Shown here: in pieces, positions 38,136 through 52,619 of the stretch | Position numbering within the stretch: position 1 is the stretch's first letter | How the letters are laid out: each line of letters starts with the position of its first letter | Translations under genes and position numbers: made by a program | Source of the DNA: Elsinoe ampelina | Lineage: Eukaryota | DNA: 64,000 bases | Direction of reading: 5' to 3' | Assembly (NCBI GenBank): GCA_010093995.1 | Contig: ML992503.1 | Span: forward strand, 1,293,234-1,357,233 | Notes under the pieces: model-generated | Database searches by the model: none | What the model was told of the DNA's origin: nothing | What the model saw: the letters and a program-made list of their open reading frames with translations, nothing else

Positions 38136-41100
38136 TCACGAATAAGCAGCCCACCCGGCGAACAAAACCGCCAAATTCCTCTCATCCCCCGCGACCTGCA
38201 CCAACTCACTCACCGTGGCCTTGACGCTCAACGCCCTGCCCAACTTCTTCTCCACCACGGCCAACGCCCGTTCCGCCTCTGCCGGCCCCTCGTCTTTCCC
38301 CTCCTTCCCCGCCTTGGCCGCCCCCCCGTCATCCATCATCCTCTTCGCCCTCAACGGGGACACGGTCCAACTGTACAGCGGATCGTACCGCAGGACGTTG
38401 AGGAGCGTCATGACGCCCCCTTTCTCTTCCCTCAAGGCTTGCAGGGTGAACTCGCAGCACCGTCGGAACACGCCTTCCACCCCGGAGACGCCCATCCCGT
38501 CGACAATGTCCCGCGTCAGTCGGAAGGGGACGACTTCGGGCACGGGCAACACCCGGCCCATCTCAAAGGCGACGCCGAGGTCGATGTGGATGACTTCGCC
38601 CGAGAGTTCGTCGAGGAGGATGTTGTGGCAGTGTCGGTCGCCGAGGCCGAGGACGTGGCCCAGGATGGAGATGGCGGCGGTGGAGCGCGCGTAGGCCGTG
38701 CGTTTCTCGAACCAGAGCTGGGGGGACTCGAAGCGTTCGAAGAAAAAGTGCCGGAGCACCGGGGAGTATTTGGATGTGACGTTTTGGTAGGCTTTGAGGC
38801 GGGCGTCGCGGGGGAGGTCTTGGGCTTTTTTGATCTCGGAACGGGCTTTGTCGGGGTGCAGATCCGAGGGGTGGTAACGTTGGTGGGCGGGGACGACAAA
38901 GTCGTGGAGGGGAAGGGAGTTGGGCACGAACTCGATGATGCCCGAGGTGTGGGTCAGGGGGAGGACGACGTAGGTTCTGATATGGAGGTTGCGGCGGCGG
39001 GTGTCGGTGTGGTTCCGCAGCATGGATGAGACGGAGGAGAAGACTTGTTCCATGATGGCGTCTTGTCGGAGATCGTCGTTGCCGCCTTTGAACAGCATCT
39101 TGTAGTCCTTACCATCAGAGCTGCGGGCGGTGACGACTTTGGGCGCGGATAGGCCACTGGCAATGCTCAATTCTTCTCTGAACCTTGCTATGTAGGGCAC
39201 ATCCTTGTAGTCTGCTCTGGGTCGCAATTTGAGACTCAATGTCGCTGGCGGGATGTGCATGGGTGGTATTCGTTTGTTCATCTCCCGAGCTGCTGGAACT
39301 TGCTGGATGCTGAATTTCATGGTTCGTCCGGTGTCGACCTTGGCGCTTGCTAGATTGTGATATAGACCATTCGCTGTCCAGACATTGCCCACCAGCTCGC
39401 CGGTCTTCTTACTCGCTTTCAACGTATGCGCAATCCTCTCGGCCGCTGACTTTCTCAATTTTGCAGCCGTATCGTTCGGACCGACCTTGACGTTGACGCT
39501 TGCGAACAGATGGTAGATGCTGTGATACGGATGCTCGCCACAGATTCGACTGACCAGTCCTGCAAGCAGTTTCTGAAAATGATCGTCCGTTGCTTGCAGT
39601 CGTGACATGATCTGGTTGAGGAGCGTTACGAACTTCCAGCTTGGGACATCTTTCAAGCTCTGCTCCACAGCTATCTGTGCCTCATTTGAATCATCGTGGT
39701 CGAGCCATAAAGCAAAGAATCGGACGACATAGGCATCGTACTGGTCCGATACTGCAAGGGCTCGAAGATAGTTGGCGAGCGCCTGTGTGACGAGCTCGTC
39801 ACGGACTTTCTTCATGCGGTGGTATTCTTGATTGTCCAGGTCGAGCCACTGCTTGGCTTTGTTGTACCTCCTTCGGACTTCGTGTCGCTCGTTCTTGTCC
39901 GAGAGTCGCTTGTCCAGTTCTCGTAATTCCTCTTGCTCCTTCTCTTTGCCGGCTTTGAGTGCGATGAGATTCTTGAACTCTTCCTCGTTGTCGGCACTTT
40001 TAAGTTGTTGATCACAAAACGAAGCGAACTCAAAGTAAACATTGGCAGCCTCTTCGGACGAACTAGACTTGCTCAAACTCTGCAGTGCTGGCTTGAGATA
40101 CGTATCAATGATATCTCCAGGTTTTTCTAATCTTGCCTCCGCAAGCTCGTGTCCCTAAAATTGTCAGCGTAATCGGTGGGTCTGTCCGGCAATTACTTAC
40201 TAGCTGCGACAGTAGACCAGCTCGGTCTACCGGAATGTCCTGTTTCTGATGATGATCTGAGACAAGTGATTGAAGCATCTGGATGGAGGCCTCAGGCTCA
40301 TCCTGCAACCATAAAACAGATGCCAACTCGCGAACTGCCGACGCATGTATCTGCAAACCCTGAGCCTCACATTGAGGTATCAAACGATTGAGGTATGTAG
40401 CCGCTGTCAAGGAGCCTTGCTTACCACCTAGGTCCCGATAAGCTTTAGCGGTCTGCAGCACCGCCCTGACTTCGAGCAGAAGTCCATCCCGCAGACTGAT
40501 CTTGAGGTCCTGCTGCAGTGCATCGTTGCGTCTGAGAGTCCCGAAGACGGACTCCCGATTGGAAACGAGGTCGAGGAGTTCAGCATACCTAATTATGTTA
40601 GTCAAGTCAAGCCTAGACCGCAGCACCCTTACTGTCCGACGTCCCATCCGCTCTGTAAAGAAGCAAGTTCTGCCTGTAGAGCTAGAGCACTTGATACACT
40701 TGTGCAGCCTGCCAGCATCTGAATGTCCGACACCAAGGTTAGAGCATGTAGGGCTGAAGTTGCGTTCTCTCTCGTCAGATCAGCGCTAGAGAGCTTCCCT
40801 AATGCTTGTGTGACAGGCTGAACGAGACGGGACTGCAGAATATAGGCCGTGGAGGAATTGTTCAAGTGCTGGAAAGCCCCAAAAATTGTGGAAGAAGACA
40901 TCTCATTCGTGTCCGGGAGCTGAATGTCCCATTCGTACAGCTTCCGTGATACGTGGATGGCGGTCTCGGATGTTTGAATGTCGTCCGTCCTGCTCTGTTT
41001 GAGAAGGATTTCCGATAGTGTGTTCAGATTCATCCCACTCATTGCCGAAAGGGTGCTTTTACTATGCTCAACGTCTGCTTCTTCTCCAGCCCTCTTCGAA

Positions 41101-44100
41101 GCGTCCATACAAGCAGAATGTAAGACCAAAGATTTATATGGATCCGCTTCACGATCGACCCGTTTGAGGATGTTGTCAAGGGATGGTGACCTCTCCACCG
41201 CATAGAACGAATCTGGATCGTCAATGATGTCGAAAATTGAAAGCAACAGATCATGTGGGACATCTGCATGCCCGGGTGAAGCTTGCGAAGAGGACCGCCG
41301 CGACGAACGTGTATGTTGAACAGCTCTTGGGGCAATCTCGGCCAGGAGCAGAGCATGCTTCGCCATTTTGCACCTTACTGCACATCTGGCAGCGGCAATA
41401 TAGTCAATTTCCAACCATTCAAGTCGCTCCATTCGAGTACCTTCCTTCTCTACTGGTTGACGGAGCAAATACAACAGCACGGAGATGGCGTGCTTGGCCT
41501 GGGAAGTTGAGGCTTGATTTCGGAAGGTAATGACCAGACTTTCGGATAGGCTTTGGCGAGCTACAAGAGCTGCATCGTCCCCGCCACAAAGTGCTAGATG
41601 ACAGAGTGGGCCGAGTACAGCCTCAGCAAAGCCTTCTATACCGTGAACAGCAGGGAGGATCGATCCGCTTATCGGTTCCGTGGGCGACAACTGGATTACC
41701 TGTTCAACCAGTGATACTATTGTACTTGAGGATCTGTCCAGAGATGGAGCCGATGCATTGGGAGCATCATTCAATTTCCACTTGGCGGATGCTTGCGTGA
41801 TAGAGGAGTCCAGGGCATGAAAGATGTGGTCAGGGAGGAGAGCTTGTATAGCTTCGACGTCGCCTGCGGCCCGAAAGGCGTCTATCGTGGACCGCAACGC
41901 CCTCTCGGCGATGGACGCAGTCTTGATCGATCGGTCGGCGAGCAATTCCGGCAATTTTCGGACTATTACATATCGAGATGTCTGAATGGCTTGCGCAGAA
42001 CTCTTAGGTCGTGCAAATGAATCGCTGTCGTCAAGTGGGATCATCCTACGGGTCTGTGCTGGACCAAGCATACTGTAAGAGCGTCCGAGAGCCCTGCCCA
42101 GCCATTGTGATACCTCAGGAGACAATGGGAGTGTCTTGACGGCTCGCCATATACCAGCGGCATACCGAGAGGCCGATGAGTGCTTCTGTAGTACATCATC
42201 GCCAAGTGGTGCCCCGGTTGAATTGCCGACGAGAGTGCGAATGAGCTCCGATCGATCCGACTCGTCCATGAATGGCCGGCTGGATTTGCTGTCATCTAAT
42301 AAAGCAATTAGATATGCTGACGCCTTTGTGTCTCGACGAAATTCGGCAGGGCACAGAACGTCCCCGAAGCTGGTCGATATCGCTTGGAAGACGGCTTTGT
42401 GTCGATCGTGGACTTCAGGCTCAAGCGTCGCAATGTATTCGACAAGCCAGGTGTGTAGTTTGCTCATGTTGGTCCTTGTCATTTGTGATTGACTGTTCAA
42501 TTCAATGCTCGGTTTGCTCCTTGCTCGCTTCAAGGTATCTGCTGTCAATAAGGCAGAGCTGAGAAGGCCAGAAATGTTCTCTGACTTTGCAGCCATGGCT
42601 TGCTTGCCGCGGTCGAAGACGTAGTACATGATGCCAGCGGTGTCATCGGCACTGATCAGATCTTCGAGCAAGGGCCGCAAGTTCCTGATGAGCATGTCTG
42701 CCGGATATCGCTGTTCTACGGCTTTGTCACCGAGGGCACAAAGCAGTCTTATCTTCTGTACTATTGAACGTGTGTGGAGCGATCCGAGACAGTCGTTCAT
42801 GGAATCGAAGAGACATCGAATGATTGTCACGAACAGCGGACCTGCGAAGAGATCCTGACTTTTGAGACCGACTCGCCTTGCGAGACGCTCCAGGAATTCG
42901 AAAAGATGCTTGATTCGAAATGATGGCTGAAGCAAGACCGCGAAATCTCTGGCGTCCTGCGCAAAGGACTTCATGCGTGCAAGAGACTGAGAGGCATGCT
43001 CCATGTGCGAGCGTTTGTCAAGCACTCTTTCCAGCGAAGCGTCCACATGAGTTGCGAGGATGATCTTCGCTGTCATATATGGGAGGGACTGCTTAATCAA
43101 GGATACTAGCTCGTCTTTGCTGAACAGCTCTCGCAGATTCTTCTCCTTGTTTGCAAGGTGCTGGTTCTGGGGAGTTTGAGAGACGTCGTGTGCTACGGCG
43201 TACGTGAAGGTTGTGATGAATGACTGCCGGATCAATTCGGGTTCTTCCAGCTGCAAGTCGTCTTTGATCAACGTCAAGTCGGCAACCTTTTCGAAAAGGT
43301 AGCACTGAGCGACAATTTCAGCAAGGTTGTCTTTGAGTAGTTTTTGCAGAGACTCGTATCCGAAGACACCGAAGGGCATTTCCGACAAGCTTCTCTCGGT
43401 CTGCCATGTGTACGTCAGCTGCGAACAAAATAGTCTGAACACTGCTGTCTCGTTTTGGAATCCGTGAGCTTGACAGATCCTCTGTATAGCTCGGACTGCA
43501 TGACCGATACATGCAGGGACCTGACCTGCTGCGTCAAAGATATGCCATACAGCTTTTCGTAATAAAGACTTGCATTCAGCCCCGAGACCAGCCAGGAAGG
43601 TAATCCGGATCGCAATGTCATCGACGGAATCTGCATTGTTGGGCAGACCCTTTTCAAGATCATCGTATAGAGCGTCGTGCAGAGGTACAGCATACGAGTT
43701 GAAGACCACGGGAACCTTTTCAGCCAGACAGTATTTTGCGAGCAATCGGCCATCCGATATTAATTTGATGACCGCCGAGCGAGGTGAAGGAGATGGTTCG
43801 GCGTCGGCTTGTGCATGCTGGTCGTGCTGGGCGAAGTTGTCATTGTGCTGCCATATTTTGACCAGCACATTCGACAGAACTACTTGCGCTTCCAGAGTCA
43901 AGGTTTGGTCGGAGAGACTGTGAAGGCAATCGTCGTATATGTCTACAGAGACGCCTTCGAGTTCGCTATGCTCAGTGAAGATCCACTGATCGTAGCACAT
44001 CGCCCAGAATTGCACAACAAAGGCCTTTGCTGAACCAGACCGACTTTGAGCATATGAATGCTGGAGGACCTCTTCGCACAAGTGGTCTAATATCTCGAAA

Positions 44101-47069
44101 GCTGATTCTGCAGTAAGTCCAGCCCCGAGTTCTGCTATACGACAGATGATATCTCTACCAGCCACTTTCTCATCCGAAGTCATTGACTGAAGCTCTTCTA
44201 TGAAAGGTTCGAGAGGATGTCCTTCGCCTTCTGCCAAGCCAGACATCAGTTTGGTGTAGAGCCGACCGCAAATCGTTCTGGAAAAATCTTTGGGCGCAGT
44301 GATAGTGACATTTTGCGATGCTTGACGGCTGTTCCCATTAATGCTTTTTCGTGGAGCTGACTCAAAGTCCGATTCATCGCCTATAACCAGGTCATCGTCA
44401 TCGATGATACTCTGTGAAAGATCGGATGCTTCAGAAAGGGGTAGCAGACTATATATCTGACTGTACCATCTACTGTCCAGTAGTTGAACGGTCCGGTTCT
44501 GCGTCGATTCATCGACTTGGTAGAGTGTTGTGAGGGCAACTTCCAGGAAAATTTCTGTTTTTGCTGGATGGCATTCGGAAGTAGCCAGATATTTCGTCAT
44601 GGCTGTCATGATAGTCCCAGAGTCCTTTGTAACGACTCCGTAAGTGGAGACTGATGCTGCTTCGACCCAACTGCACAGACGCAATAGTAGTATGGTCGAT
44701 TTTACGAAAGATGTCCCAGAGGCCGTTGCCAGTTGCGTGCCCGGTTCGATCCACTGTGCAAGTGTTCTTGCTAGATGTTTCTGACAGTGCTGCATCAACT
44801 GGTTCACGACGAAATCCCCTGCTTTTGGCTTGTTTCGGACATTGGTGATCGTCGCAGATTGAGGGGCAGGAGAGGCACAATTTCTGTCCGAATTTGAAAG
44901 TAGCAGGTAAGAAAGGATAACTCGGACTGATTCGTAATGTTTCCAACAATGGACAAGGTCATTCCTTCGGGCAAGCCATGGTTCTACTTCGACGTTCGAC
45001 TCTTGCAATGAAGTAGATACGAGACCAATGACATCCTGGAGTAACAGACTCTGGGGAATATGGAAGAGCTCTTGAGCGTCGTATGAGCCTTATCCGATCA
45101 GCGAGAGGCGAGCATGAGTCAAAGGGACATACCTGGGTTCCAGGTGCGGAACAACCAATTGATGGACGCAGATGCCAGAGGTTCGAAGATTGCCTGTCTA
45201 GCTGACTGTGCATACTTCAGTAGAGCTAGAACAAGACCGACAGCCGATTCGTCGCAGGACGCCGGACCGTGCAGGTCGAGAGTGTCTCGCATTGTAGAAG
45301 CGAAGCTGCTGAACAGCTGCGGGGATACCAATCGGAATGTGTGTAGCGTTGTCAGTAGATGGCAAGCTGTTCGACAGGTTGCTGGGGAACTGATGGCCCT
45401 AGTGCTCGCGGTCCACGCTTCGGACCATATCGTAGAGAGGTGCTCTGACTTGGCGTGCTTTTGAGAGGCGCAACTGACAGACTCAGCTCAGCAGACTCAA
45501 TTCACATTGCACAACTCACCCGGCAAGCGCCAGAGATCCCCAGGCGGCAACAGCTTGTCTTTCGTCATTGAGCAATGGGCTCAGATAATGTACCAGATCT
45601 GCCAATTCCTCAGCCTCTAAATCGATGACTTGGCAATTTAGCATGATCAGTTGGAGGCCAGCGATAGTCTTGGTCGGACCGGGACCCTTGCTGAACCTGA
45701 TCAAAGCAGCACTCCGGGAGTCGGTCCGTTGGCGTTTTGATAGGCGTTCTTCTGTGTTTGAATTGTGAAGAGCTCGATTGCCAACTTCTATTATATCAAA
45801 CATCTGGACGGTAAGTAGCAGCATTGACCAATTCCGATAAGCATCATCGCTGTCAGATGCGAGGGACAGAATCGGCAAGTGGAAGGTATCAACGACAGAG
45901 CTGGTTGAAAGTCTAATATCGTCCATTGACAGTGAATCCTTGAGCGCGCGACCGGAATATTCTGTAAAGACATGATCGGCGATGCTACGAACATGCTGTG
46001 GCAGTTCGAGATCAGTATCATCAGCTCGGGGCGTCTCTGCTTCAGCCCGAATAAAAGGCAGCAAGAGTATCAGGGCATTCAAGAGCTCGTCTCTTAACGC
46101 AACAAGTCGACCAGGAAGTCGTGTCCACAGAAGCTCGATGATCCGTAAGAGCTCTGGCGTATTTTGCTTGATCAGGGGTGTGGCCTCGGTATCTGAACAG
46201 GTGAGGACGTGATTCAACGCTGCAAGCATGTCGACGTCTGGACTGCCGGGAATGCTGACATGACTCAAAGCACGAAGTAGTGATGCAATGAGCAAATCAG
46301 CCAGAGTGTAGACAGGTACTGCTGTTGAAGATGAGAGATACTTGAGCATCCTCGCAAACTCTGCGAGAAGGTGCTTCTGGGTGCTGGAATTCATGCGGCG
46401 AATCTGGGAGCTCTGTGATCCGCCAACAGAGTTGCTCGCCGACGAGGTGCGATTCCCCAGCGTCCGGGATCCAGAGCTGCTGACGTTGCCATTGATTGAC
46501 AAGGTAGATAGCTGGTCGAGATGCGAGGTAGCGAATCTGCATAGGGAGCGCCATAGCTTGGCTGGTATGTGCTCTAGATGGGGCCTGTACGACAAAATCT
46601 CGTTGATCGTTTTCGCATTATCTAGTGCGATCGGCTCGCAGATTCCATTCTGGTCGTCGGTGAACGAGTCGGTGAGATGCTCTAGACAAGCCCTAGTCTT
46701 CGACCAAGACAAGGACTTTCCACATACTTCTATCGAGAAGCGGTATGCTGCTGATGCCGCTGCTAGTCGTGAGAATGTTGTGGAGGCTGCTGTCTTGGTC
46801 GTAGACTTTGAGGATTTGAAGTACGCTGTTCGCTCGTTTGCAACGTTGTCGGCCAGTGCCTCGAACAAAGTCTGGTTGCCTTGGAGTTGTACTTCGACGA
46901 TCGCACGAGGATTACCTCTGCATTGCCGTAGGATGCGTTTGAGATCTTCATGACCTGCTTGACGTTCCTTCTGGAGACTACCATTGATGCGATCTGTGGG
47001 CGATCAGTTCTGTTCTCATTACAAACCTGACCTCATACCAAGAGCAGACTGCAAACTGATTTGACTCAT
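38136..47069 (-). CDS. TEL1: ATM/Tel1 PIKK kinase; introns 46994-47038, 45474-45519, 45089-45132, 40589-40632, 40155-40200
   Basis: N-terminal TAN-like QKERQAGHEDLKRIL, ARLEKP, KGGNDDLRQDAIMEQVF, LGLGDRHCHNILLD, HIDLG and FATC end LFAGWAAYS; all five introns restore frame. Confidence 0.95.
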
Positions 47070-47479
47070 ATTGGCCGGCGCCTCGAATAAAGCAATGCAC
47101 GTGACTTTTGCGGAGAGGCACGCATCGCCATGTCGTTCTCATTCCAAGGCTTGAACGGCGTTTGAGGCTAGAATCCAGGATCAAGTACAATTTCCGTATC
47201 CTCAGCGAGCGGCAGAGTTCGAGTATATGCTTCTCCACAATTGAAAACAGTTCAAGACAGTGTAAAGTCGGCCTTGATGAGGCGTGAGTTGATATGGAAG
47301 CCGCGCGAGAAGCTCAATCTCGGGCCGAGTCTTGTCCGTCGGGCCGATTTGCCGAAGATCATGTTTCACGCGTTGAAGCTCACTTCAAGCAACAATTTTG
47401 ATTCAGGCGCAAACAGTCGTCTGCACTCCAATCTCCACGGCCGAACCTCAATGGCCTTGTCGTCACTACACATCACCCC
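47070..47479. promoter_or_regulatory. Bidirectional promoter region TEL1/NUP192 with an MCB box (ACGCGT 47368-47373)
   Basis: 410 bp between divergent ATGs; a perfect ACGCGT plus CGCGCG near 47302. Confidence 0.45.
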
Positions 47480-50400
47480 ATGGAAGACTCAGATAGCCTC
47501 ACGCGGCTCCGCGGCCTCCAGGCTGACCTAGAGGCATTCTCAGAGTCCCGCCTTCAAAATATCGACCGGCTATGGGCAGAGCTACAGGAGAGCTTAGGAG
47601 ACTTTCGCAAGCTCCTTGACAAGCAGCAGAAGAATGAAGGAAGTAGGAAGCAGCTTCAAAATGACAAAATCACAGTCGATGAGGTGGACTATGCGATCAA
47701 TGAAGAGTTCCGGCAGGAAGCCATCCAGGTCGCAGAGGAGCTTGACCTAGATGAGCTCGATGCCGCCCGACTAGTTCTCGAAACACAAAGCGAGAGCGCC
47801 GACCTGGGCCGCCCCGTAGCTTTCGGCGCAATCATACACTTCCACGACGAGCGAGAGGCCACCTTGCTCGCCTTGAGCAGCCTCTTCCAGAGAGCGTGCG
47901 ACACTGATTTGGACGAGAATCGTGGCAATATTCAAAATGCAGTCGATATGATCATTCGGGACGACGTCGACAAGCCGCCGTCAAGGTCTTACTACTGGAG
48001 AAGATGCATCAAGGGCATGGAAGACATCGAGGGATGGATAAAGAGAACGCGCGACCGGATGGCTAGCATACAAGTCATTGGAGAAACGAGTGCCTACGTC
48101 GGTCTTATTCTCAACCACCAGCGCGGAAGTCTAGTCCGGCAGCACGAGAGTCTCGCAATCATTGCCAGGTCGCTAGTAAACCTTGGACATACTACGATTG
48201 ACGATTACAGACTTCTCACCACCAAGGTGGCTGCCCAGGACAGCTTCGATGAGATAGCAGTCCACTATGTACCGCTCCTGCTCGAATTTCCGTCGATATT
48301 TGGATCTGAGGGTCAAGCTTCGCTGCGGGATGTACGGAGCATGGATCAAACCTTCTCGGACAAGACAGATACAACGAGATGGAAACTGCCAGACTTCAAA
48401 GGAGCTGCCACCATATTCTGGCTCGCCGAGTACAGCGGCAGATATGCTGATGGCATTACTGGCTCGCCACTGCAAAATATCGACCTCGACAAGGAGAATC
48501 AATCACGGTCCGATCGAGCTATGGATGCACTTCAAGATGGTGCATTCCAATTCGTCCTCCTGGTGTGCTCGAAAATAAAAAAGCAGCTCTGGCATGATCC
48601 GGCTAAGACAGGACTGGTTCAATTCCTTCTGGCTGATTCACGTCTGGAAAGGGATGCTTATCTAGTCGTTACAGATGCGTTTAGCAAGCTGCTCTTGAAT
48701 CAGCTTCAGGTCTTTGTCGAGTCCCTCATCTCGAACATGCCAGACACAATACGTCGCTTGAAGGCCGAAGAAGACGACCAGAGACGCAATTTCATACTTT
48801 CGCAAGGCGAGCAGGAATTGACACTTCACCTCGAGCGATTCATGACCATCATCGGCTATGCTTACGAAGGATCTCCTGTGGAAGCATACGAGACTTTCTG
48901 GGAAGATCCAGAGAGCAACATGCACGGCTTTTTACAATGGTCTTCAAAAAGGCAATCAACCCCAAGAGCTGCTTCTTTCTGCGAAATGTTTCGTTCCATA
49001 GCTGAGGACGAGAAGTGTGCTAAGAAAGCGCATCTCTTCTTGTTAGAGGAGAGCATGGGTGCAAAAGGCACAAAGCTACAGCGCGGTACGTCGCTATGCT
49101 GGGACCTCATCTTCTCGGAATTGTCATACTACGCCGATCGCATGCGAGAAAGTGCAAGCACCCTCACTGCTTACAACGAGGGACCCGCAGCTCAGATTTC
49201 CGAGCCAGAGAGCGCCCTAATGCTGGAATGCTATCTGCGTCTGACGGCTCACATGTGCCGGAACAGTGCTGTCGTTCGCGACTTCATTCTCAGTCATGCA
49301 GAGTTTCGACTGCATGAGGTTCTTTTCGATCTTTGCCGGAGTGGAATTGAGACACGGTTCAAAGCATGCGCCTTCAATACTCTTGCGAGTCTTCTGACAG
49401 ACAAGACTATCGATGTATCTTACGGCATGTGGACAGCTGTGGACGAATGGATATGCGGCACCTCTACCAAGAGTGCTCCAAGCAAGCCATCGAATCAGCC
49501 TACCAGCGACTCCACTATGCTTACCCGGTTACGAGCCATAGCTGTCGGCTTCGAAGAGCCAAATGCCTTTGTTCGCTTCCTCCAAACTCTGGTCGAGCTC
49601 CCAATCGACCAGCAAGAGCTCAATGACAGCTTACCATTCCCTGAACAACTCGGTGTCAATTACAGGATGTCCGGGATTGGTCAGTACATCGATTTCATCT
49701 TCGGTACCATTGTCACTGGTATACTTCCGACATTGGACAACGAAGAGCAAATCTGGCAATTGAGATGCGCCTTTCTGGACTTTGCAAGAGTGGCACTTTC
49801 ATCGTTCAACGAGGATTTGGTCATCTTTGCGAACAGGACAAGCTTGAATGTCGACGAGGCCATCTCTACTTCAAGTCTCGTCACGTATGTCAAGCTCCAC
49901 CCTTTTGCTCGTGTGATTGAGTGGATGTTTAACGATGGCGTGGTCGACCAACTGTTCGCCGCTGCTCACGCAAACCCGGACATGTTGTCTGGCTCCGATC
50001 CTGATTCGCCGATGGTCACCTCTGTTGCACGCGCATTACAGGTGTTCGATTTGATCCTCAGACTTCAGCCCACTTATTTTGATGTCGTTAGACCAGTGAT
50101 CAAGACACAGGCAGCTGCACGAAGCAAGCAGGTTGCCAATCCTACTCTCGCATCTTTCGAGGATGCCATTCTCACACACCTGGACCTTGTAGTGGACTTG
50201 GGTCTTTATTGTTCGACTGCATTTGAGCATCTGACGACACTATCATTGCAGCTTCTGCAGCGCCTTGCTCAGTCACGCAAGCTGGCTGGGCCAGTCGCTG
50301 TCTTTCACGATGGTCATCCCCATCCAAGTCGATTATTAGCAGCTCTACAACAGGCAGACGAGGTTGATCTCATCACAGCCTCTTTCATCGCACCATTGCA

Positions 50401-52475
50401 GATCGACCCCCGAGAGATCGAATTGGGGACTGACACGCCAGGATTCAGTATTAAGGTCGCTATCCTGGACCTCCTCATCAAATCACTCGAGACGTCGCCA
50501 GCGCGACCGGCTCTGGCCCACTGTCTTTTGGGATTTCTCTGCACAGACCGCACGATCTCGATACCAGCAGAGGGCCGTTTCAGCAAAGGCAATTCCCTTT
50601 TCCATGCGATTGCTCGGTTTTACGCCGAGACTGCTTCACCTGACCCCCCTTTACCATCGCTCGCCATCATTCGTGGTAAAGCTTGCGAGATTCTGCGAAG
50701 ACTGTACAAATCCTCACTCACTAGTGAGATTATCCTCTCGGAGCTAAGGGACAGCGGCTTCAACGAAGTTGTGTCCATCACACAGACACCGGTCCTTGCT
50801 ACGACTCCTCCTGAGCTCCTTGAAGACGCCATCAATTTTCTCACGAACGAACCATCTACCATCTTCAAGGACTCGATAGCTGAAAAGGCCGCATACTTTG
50901 AGCACTTGGCGCTAGAAATCCGGTCGGCAACCTCAATGCAGTCCATGACCCTTCGAGACAAGACAAGGTCGTCGGCTCTTGGCTTGACCCTGTTGACAAG
51001 TGGGCAAGAGGTACCTCATACCAACATATTCGACCTCTTCGACTTCTACGATCGACAGCTGGTGCGTGAGCCTCCTCTCCCTCCGCTGTACTACTTCTCT
51101 GGAATGGACTTCACTATATGTCTGAGAGAAGATACTGCCGGCATCGTGACGACTGATACCCGGTCCGCAAAGGAGATGATGCTGCTGAAAATCGCCGATC
51201 TCCGGCAACAGGGTGCTCTTGGACCTTCCGACATCCCATTTGAGGACAACGAGCACTTGAGGGCATGCCACGCCGAAGCAGACACCATATTGAGCTCCTT
51301 CGAGGCCCAGAACCAGTTCGTTCACATTTGTGATACACAACAGTCTGCATGCAATGCGTGGGTGCAGCTCGTGTCAGTGCTCGTAGCCGAGGGTGGTCTT
51401 GAAGGCGTACAGAAAGCGACCTTCATCGTCAAGGCACTCGAGGTTGTCGTTCCCAAAATTGTCTTTGCTGGAGATGGCTCGACTCCCTTCCTCCCTCTCG
51501 TGAGATTGCTCCACATTCTCACAAAGCATGCAACGGTCAGTGCAAGCCCAGTGCCACCTGAGAGCTTATCCAGCGCTTTCCGCGCGGCTCTTGTATGCAT
51601 CACTCTTCTGGACAATTCAGCGCCGACTCTCCTCCGTGAGACAGCTTACCAAATTGCTGCACTGGTCCTAGACAACTCGACCGGCCCGCTAGCTCGAAGC
51701 ACACGAAAGGCCATCGAGTCTGCGGGCGACCGCCTTTTCGAGACTGCTACCGATGATGTTCTCGCCACAGCTCCATCACTGCGTGTGGCCGCACTGGTCT
51801 TCCTCTCGTCCACCGTATCTCTCTTCTCCGCCCAGAAGTCGCCGGCCGTCATCCGTCTCCTGTCCCGTCTCAATTTCATTACTACACTTGTGGACAACAT
51901 ACGCGCTGTTCCAGCCACGTTTGGCGAGTCGCGGCAGAGATCAGAACTGCATGATTTGCTGCGCTTGACACAAGCTAACCTTGCACTCCTGTTACGAATT
52001 GCAAAAGACCCCGAGGGTGCGACCAAAGTTCTCGAAGCTGGCATCTTCTCCGCGATCAGAGACAGTGGGCTCTTCTCCGCCGACCCGGAATTAGGCGGGG
52101 AACTGGTAGAAGGCGACGAGGCACTAGAGACGTTCTACACTTTGCTTTCCTCTGTCTTGAGGGTCATTGCGACCGTAGTCACCGTCAAGGGCGAAAGGAA
52201 CGAAGGTGTCGCAGCTGCAGGCAGACAATTCCTGGTCGAAAGCAGAGGTTGCTTCTTAGGTGTACTCAAAGGCGCGAGAAGGGAAGGGCTAGGCAAAGGA
52301 TTGGAGAAGGTGTTGGAGGAGGTGCAAGAGGGATTCGAGATAGTGTGCTGGGGCACGGGATTCTTGGAGGTGAGTGACCAATCACTACTCCTCTGCTCGA
52401 GACGCTAATGTTTCACAGTTTGATCAGAACCCAACCAAGGCGGCAAGAGGCCGAATGGGATTGGCATTTACGTGA
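47480..52475 (+). CDS. NUP192: Nucleoporin Nup192/Nup205; intron 52370-52418
   Basis: 1642-aa helical ORF with INEEFRQEAIQVAEELDLDELDAARL, ISNMPDTIRRLKAEEDDQRR and LHLERF; short last exon ends GLAFT. Confidence 0.9.
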
Positions 52476-52619
52476 TCGGATATCACTTGGCAGAGATAAC
52501 AATCTTGTAAAAGGTAGACACGAATCAAATCTTACTAAAGCTCGTTTCATCTCCCCTCTCTCCTCTCCCCTCATCCCCCCTCGTGCCCCCTTCTCGGATC
52601 ATGTACCAATAGACCACAA